A stretch of DNA of 64,000 nt from an uncultured delta proteobacterium (GTDB taxonomy: Bacteria; Desulfobacterota; Binatia; Binatales; Binataceae): positions 12,777 through 76,776 of the forward strand of contig CAVWKW010000001.1 of NCBI GenBank assembly GCA_963755705.1. Reading direction: 5' to 3'. The notes beneath the pieces were generated by a model that saw only the letters and a program-made list of their open reading frames with translations, was not told the origin of the DNA and searched no databases. Positions 58,851 through 64,000 of this stretch are shown piece after piece. The translations under genes and the position numbers were made by a program. Each line of letters opens with the position of its first letter. The stretch's first letter is position 1.

Positions 58851-59768
58851 TTATCCGACCCGCGCGCGGTTGAGAAGCGCGAGAATCGGCGCAAGCGACG
58901 GGTCCGTTCCCGCTGCGCCGAACCGCTCCTGATACTCGCGCGCTCCTAGCGCGGTCGCGGCGGCGAAACGCTCGCGCTCGCCGGCGGCTACGACGCGCAG
59001 GCACTCCTCAAGCTCACGCGCACCCTCCGAACCGGTGTCGAACTCCTGCATCAGGTCGTCAACCGCAAGTCCATGCAGGCCGCCCATCAGGCATTCCGCG
59101 TAGTAGCCAATCTGGCCTGCGCGATCGATTTCGAGCGAAGTGATCGCAAGCGCCGCGTCGAGCGAATGCATCCGATCGATTCCGAATTCGCGCCGGCGCG
59201 AGACTACCGCGTCGTCGCCGCTGCCCTCGAAGCCCGAGCCGATCGCGACAATCGCGATGCGCCCGTCCCGGATCGGAACTGGATGAAATACGTAGCCGGG
59301 CGACGTGTAGCCAACCAATTCGCGCAGTGCACGGCGGTACTCGAGCAGATCGAAGCGCGTTTCTTGGGCGGTGCGCATCAGGAAATCACCGAGCCGCGCA
59401 CCTGCGTCGTCCGCAAGCCCGATCAGGCGCTCGAACATGGCGGGATCGTATTCCTCGCGCCGTGCGATCATCGCGGCCGAGCTGCGCTCGAAGGTCAAGA
59501 GGAGCCCGCCGAATTCGCCTGCGACGCCTGGGCCGCGGCCGCTACGCGCAGTGATCGAAACGGCGCGATCGACAGGCTCAATATCCATCGCAAGGTAGCT
59601 GCCGTGACTCGAAGGTTTCGCAAGGCCACGCCGCGCGTTGGCGATCAGCACTGGCTCAGCATCGATAGCCAACAGGCGGCTTGCTCCTCTGCGCCGCTCG
59701 GCCATCAGACCGTAACCGCTCATCAGCGATCCGTAGCCGAGTACGACCAGCCGCGCGTTGAGTTCCAC
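58851..59768 (-). CDS. Gamma-glutamylcyclotransferase-like hypothetical protein
   Basis: N-terminal VLGYGSLM and IARREEY motifs. Confidence 0.6.
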   Translation of the reverse strand: MELNARLVVLGYGSLMSGYGLMAERRRGASRLLAIDAEPVLIANARRGLAKPSSHGSYLAMDIEPVDRAVSITARSGRGPGVAGEFGGLLLTFERSSAAMIARREEYDPAMFERLIGLADDAGARLGDFLMRTAQETRFDLLEYRRALRELVGYTSPGYVFHPVPIRDGRIAIVAIGSGFEGSGDDAVVSRRREFGIDRMHSLDAALAITSLEIDRAGQIGYYAECLMGGLHGLAVDDLMQEFDTGSEGARELEECLRVVAAGERERFAAATALGAREYQERFGAAGTDPSLAPILALLNRARVG

Positions 59769-60884
59769 TCAGATATCTTCGACCGGCGGATAATATTTTT
59801 TAGCGCCGAGATCGTCCACCGCGTTCCAGAATTCGGGGCCCGACGCGCTCATCGGATTGGTCGGGTCCGTAAGCGACATTGCCTGCCGCTTATAATTCCA
59901 ACTCTCCGGCCGCAACGCGCGCGCGATTGCGAAATATTTCTGCGCCGCATCCGGAAAGCCGCATTCGTGCAGATATTCGCCGAGCCGGAAATTCGCCGCC
60001 GCGCGCACGTCGTCGTCACCGGGCGTATGCATCCGGCGCAGGACTTCGGCTTCGCTGAGCGCGAACCTGCTCGCGGGCCCGTTGCTGACCCAATCCCGGA
60101 TTGCGTTTTGATAGGCCAGCCGCTTGGCCTGCATCTCCTTCATCGACGCTTCGGGCATCGTGAAGGTCTTGCGGTCGAGGGTGCGAAACGCATCGGTCGA
60201 GCCAGCCGCCTCGCTCGGCCGCACAATACGTCCGCGTTCATCGATCCACACCGCAGTCGGTACGTTCACCATGTCGTAGAGTTCCGCGACAATATGGCGC
60301 ATGTCGATCACGCACGGATAAGTTGGTTTCGCGGCGGTAATCCACGGTTCGACCGCGGTCTTTCCGGCGCTGTCGAATGCCACCGCGATCGGAACAAACC
60401 CTTTTGGCCCCAGTTCTTCGTACATCGCCTGCCACACGGGCAGGTCCATTCGGCATCCTCACCATGAAGCCCAGGAGACCAGCAGAACCTTCTTGCCCCG
60501 ATATTCCGACAGCGAATGCATCCGTCCCGCGAGGTCCGGCAGTGAGAAATCCAGCGCGTCGAGCGACTTGAGCGTGCGCGCGCGCTCGGCCGCAGCCTCT
60601 CCGACGCACCACGCGTGATGCTCTTCGTCGGCCACCATCGGCTGTCCGAGCAACTTCGCAATCGCGGTAAGGTTGTAGCGATCGCCAGCCTCGAAGTCGC
60701 CGACACGCGCGGGCGGCACTGGAACGCAGACCTCGCCTTTGCAGAACCCCTCGGGCTTGAAGGTCCACCCCGTCGTGCGCTCCAGATCGTCGGCGCGAAG
60801 CCATAGCTCTGCGCCGCGAACTTCGGCCGGAATACCGGTCGTTACTTGTTCGCCATAGATCAGACTGATTGGAGTTTCGGGCAT
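59769..60884 (-). CDS. TlpA/redoxin family protein, probable selenoprotein (UGA at 60461-60459, WASW-U-GC)
   Basis: ORFs 60459-60884 and 59769-60449 are in frame, joined by TGA GGA TGC CGA; DFSLPDL..HSLSEYRGKKVLLVSWASWUGCRMDLPVW...NVPTAVWIDERGRIV; SECIS-like hairpin follows. Confidence 0.87.
60428..60458 (-). promoter_or_regulatory. Putative bacterial SECIS element
   Basis: mRNA UGA-GGAUGCCGAAUGGA-CCUGCC-CGUGU-GGCAGG: perfect 6-bp stem, 20 nt between UGA and loop, G at loop position 2. Confidence 0.65.
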
Positions 60885-60943
60885 AGATGCTCTCCCGGAC
60901 GCGCTATCGCGCCGCGATTATCCTAGCGCCTGCGCCACAGCGG

Positions 60944-63900
60944 TCATATCCAGAGTATCACGCCGGTTGCGGGTTTTCCGGTCGCCGCGCGGATTGCGCG
61001 CAGATAAATTGCGATCTGTGCGCGATACTCGGGAAGTCGCGCCGACAAGTCGGCGTCGGTTTTGAAATCGACGATCGTCCAGCTCGTTGCTGCTCCGGTT
61101 TCGGTGCGAAACGCCAGGTCTGCGATTCCTTCGGCCGTGGTGCCATCGTCGAGCGTCGCGAGGACGGGATATTCGCGGCGGATCTCGGTTGCGCTGGCTG
61201 CCGCGCGAATCACCGCCGAGCCGAGCGCGCTCGCGACCGCTTCTGCCGCGGTCTCTGCGTCGTCGGTGTCCGCACCGACCATCCGCGCAACGCTCGATAC
61301 GACGCGTTCGATCTCCTGGCGCGGCGCGTCGAAGCGGATTCGCAGCATCGTCTCGTGTACCAGGATACCGAAGAGTTTTAGACGCGCCCGCGATCGGTCG
61401 CGCGCAATCTCCTCTATACGAATCTCGCCGCGACCGGCGTCAGCGTCATGAGGCATCACGCCAGACTCCGACGCCGCGGTCACACTGACTACTTTGATCG
61501 TCGGCACGGCGCCGTGCGCGAGCGACGCGGCCCGAGCCTCGCTCCACGCGCGATGCGCCTCATCGCCGCGTTTCGAGATCTCCCCGCTCTGGTCGGCTTC
61601 GAGCAGCACGCTCTGGCGCAGTCCCATCGCTTCTTTCACGTCGAGGACAAGCCTGGATGGATCCCACCATACGACGCGATGCGCCCCCGCCTGCGCGCGA
61701 TACGATCCCGGCGCGACCGAGCGTGTCGGCGCGGGCGCTCGCGAGGGCCGTACGCGCACCGAGTCTTCGCCGAACTCGGGGCATCCCGCGGGTTTTCGGC
61801 TAAGCGGTGCTCGGCGATACTTTTGTTCCGGATAGATGACGGGATTGAGCCGCGCGAGCCATCCATCATAAGCGCCGTCGCCCAGGGTGGGCACGATCAG
61901 CAGGTCGCGCGCACGTGTCGTCGCGACGTAGAGCAGGCGAATCGCCTCTTCGACGTCGCGGCGATGCTCTTCCTCCTGATCCTCGAGCAGTTCGCGCGGA
62001 GCGCATCCTGCTATTTGCAGCGCTGCGAGTCCGCGCTCCGGATCGATATAACGGGTGGGCTCGCCGCGGGTTTCGTTGCAGGTCAGGTCGGCCAGGATCA
62101 CGACCGGAAATTCGAGTCCCTTCGCTCGATGCACCGTCATGATGCGGACGCCTTCGGTTCCTTCTTCGGCCAGCGGCGTCTCGCTCGCCTCGTCGCGTTC
62201 GGCGCGCGCTTCGAGTTCATCGACGAAGCCGCGAAACGAGGTCGGCCGGTTGCGCGCCTCGTAGCGACGCGCCTGATCCATCAGGCGCATGATATTGGCA
62301 AGCGCCTGATCGCCCGTCGGCCAGATGGCGACGCCCGCATGCGCGCGCGTTTGCGCGAGCGCGCGCGCCAGCGTCTGCGCGATAGGCCGGCGGTTGCGCT
62401 CGCGATGCAGCTCCAGGATCATCGCGCGTGCCCCGAGCACTGGGCGCAGCCTGCCATCCGCGTCGTCGGGCGGGTTCGGCCACAGGCTGAAGCCGCCGGC
62501 CGCCTCTCGATATTCGAGCAGCAGATCGTCGCCGAGCGAAAAAAACGCGCCGCGAAGAGTCGCGAACACCGCCAGCTCGTCGTCGGGGCGCTCGATTGCC
62601 GCGAGCAGGTTGCGCACCGAGGTTACTTCTTCGCGATCGTTGAACGAGCCGCCCTTCACCAGCACGTGCGGCAGATGCCGCGCCTCGAGCGCGCGCAGAT
62701 ACGGTCGCGTTACGTCGCGTCCATACGAGTTCAGGCGGCGAAATAAAATACAAATGTGGCGCGGCGCGATCGCTACGCGGCGCTCCGGCGCCTCGCGCTC
62801 GGTCACGGTCCATCCGCTTTCCTTCACCATCCATTTCGCGAACGCCGCAATCGCGTCGGGCAGCGATTCCTCGATCCTCCAATCCGTCACGCGGCCAAAG
62901 TCGCCGTACGGATCCGGCACCGGCAGCGCGACGATCGAGGGTTGCGCGTCCGGGTCCAGCCGCGTCGATACCAGCGGCGCGTATCCCGGCTGAGTCGGCG
63001 AGTCGGCCGGCATCAGCGGCGCGAACGCCGCGTTGATCATCGCATGGAGCTCGGGCGTCGCGCGGAAACTCACCGTCAGATACAGGATGCGCGCACCCTT
63101 GCTCACGAGGCTGCGCTTGACCTCCTGGTAGAGCGCGACATCGGCGCGGCGAAAACGGTAGATCGATTGCTTGGGGTCGCCCACGATAAACAGCTTGCCA
63201 GGAATCGGGCGCGCCGCGCGCCAATCGTGGGTAGCGGGATCATCGGCGGCGAGCAGCAGCAGAATTTCGGCTTGCAGTGGATCGGTATCCTGAAACTCGT
63301 CGATAAAAATATGCGTGAAGCGGTTCTGCAGCTCGGCGCGCACGGCCGCGTTGTCACGCACCAGGTCGCGCGCGACCAGCAGCAGATCGAGAAAGTCCAG
63401 TTGCCCCTCGCGCCGCTTGATCTCGTCGTAGATCTCGACGATCGGCCATAGCTCTTCGCGCAAGAGCGGGGAAAGATTAGCCCCCGCGTCGCGGCGCATC
63501 CGTGCAAGCCGCACGCGCAGCTCTCCGCGGCGGCGAAAGATTTCCTCGCGCTCGATTCCTCCCATGCCTGCGCCGAAACCCTTCCAATCCCAGCGCCTGC
63601 CGCCGCCGAGCGTCAGCAGCACCGCCTCGAGCGCGTCGTAATCGCGCCCGCGAACCGCCTCCAGCCGCATCGCTTCGAGCACAGGACGCGCAATTTCTTC
63701 GAGGCTCTTCGCGAGCCAGTCTCCCGGCTCGCCGTCGCGGGCGAGATTCGCGAGCGCGGCGATCTCGGCAACGATCGCGTCGATCTCCTGGTCGCGTGCG
63801 AACGCTTGCGGCGCCCACCTGGCGGTGAAATCGCGCCACGCGAGCAGCTCCTCGGCGGCGCGGCGCGCGATCGCGCGCGGTCCGTCCCGGCTGACTGACT

Positions 63901-64000
63901 CGCGGCGGCGCAGCAACCGGCGCATCCCCTCGCCCGGATTCGCGAGCGCGCCTTCGAACCAGCGCGAGAACGCCAGCTCGAGGATCGCGTCGGCGGTGTC
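60944..64000 (-). CDS. addA: UvrD-type helicase/nuclease AddA (5' end beyond window)
   Basis: IFIDEFQDT, VGDPKQSIYRFRRAD, MTVHRAKGLEF, LLYVATTRARD, C-terminal PD-(D/E)xK region (GIADL..IVDFKT); frame stays open to 64000. Confidence 0.9.
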   Translation of the reverse strand, partial: DTADAILELAFSRWFEGALANPGEGMRRLLRRRESVSRDGPRAIARRAAEELLAWRDFTARWAPQAFARDQEIDAIVAEIAALANLARDGEPGDWLAKSLEEIARPVLEAMRLEAVRGRDYDALEAVLLTLGGGRRWDWKGFGAGMGGIEREEIFRRRGELRVRLARMRRDAGANLSPLLREELWPIVEIYDEIKRREGQLDFLDLLLVARDLVRDNAAVRAELQNRFTHIFIDEFQDTDPLQAEILLLLAADDPATHDWRAARPIPGKLFIVGDPKQSIYRFRRADVALYQEVKRSLVSKGARILYLTVSFRATPELHAMINAAFAPLMPADSPTQPGYAPLVSTRLDPDAQPSIVALPVPDPYGDFGRVTDWRIEESLPDAIAAFAKWMVKESGWTVTEREAPERRVAIAPRHICILFRRLNSYGRDVTRPYLRALEARHLPHVLVKGGSFNDREEVTSVRNLLAAIERPDDELAVFATLRGAFFSLGDDLLLEYREAAGGFSLWPNPPDDADGRLRPVLGARAMILELHRERNRRPIAQTLARALAQTRAHAGVAIWPTGDQALANIMRLMDQARRYEARNRPTSFRGFVDELEARAERDEASETPLAEEGTEGVRIMTVHRAKGLEFPVVILADLTCNETRGEPTRYIDPERGLAALQIAGCAPRELLEDQEEEHRRDVEEAIRLLYVATTRARDLLIVPTLGDGAYDGWLARLNPVIYPEQKYRRAPLSRKPAGCPEFGEDSVRVRPSRAPAPTRSVAPGSYRAQAGAHRVVWWDPSRLVLDVKEAMGLRQSVLLEADQSGEISKRGDEAHRAWSEARAASLAHGAVPTIKVVSVTAASESGVMPHDADAGRGEIRIEEIARDRSRARLKLFGILVHETMLRIRFDAPRQEIERVVSSVARMVGADTDDAETAAEAVASALGSAVIRAAASATEIRREYPVLATLDDGTTAEGIADLAFRTETGAATSWTIVDFKTDADLSARLPEYRAQIAIYLRAIRAATGKPATGVILWI

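Noticed and set aside
59073-60467. 464-aa + strand ORF
   Set aside because: Antisense to the redoxin and GGCT-like genes.

Overview
A 64 kb, high-GC (visually ~60-65%) bacterial chromosome segment, mostly core and metabolic genes. The gene mix (mauBA, DUF1329, amidohydrolase, CoA-transferase, many small TA pairs) is compatible with a soil lineage such as Ca. Binatota, but that is only an inference. It runs from a truncated arylsulfatase to a truncated AddA-type helicase-nuclease. It includes fdxA, fumC, a pentameric ligand-gated ion channel, msrB, an RND pump with a frameshifted permease, a histidine kinase-KaiC-like ATPase-receiver module, an amine dehydrogenase mauBA pair lacking biogenesis genes, a Tat-lipoprotein resembling the cellobiose dehydrogenase flavodomain, aguBA, three TA loci, SRP RNA-dnaX-ybaB-recR, sodB, and an Rrf2-regulated sulfite reductase-cysH operon. 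The strongest hidden signal is a probable selenoprotein: the ORF track splits a TlpA-like redoxin at an in-frame UGA in its active site (WASW-U-GC), followed by a SECIS-like hairpin. It heads a coupled run with a GGCT-like protein, a PTPS-III-type pterin enzyme, a regulator-less sigma54 activator and a lone receiver. A hicBA pair missed by the ORF track also has a UGA at a conserved Cys position. I saw no CRISPR array, tRNA, rRNA or transposase. All family assignments come from reading motifs by eye; no searches were run.
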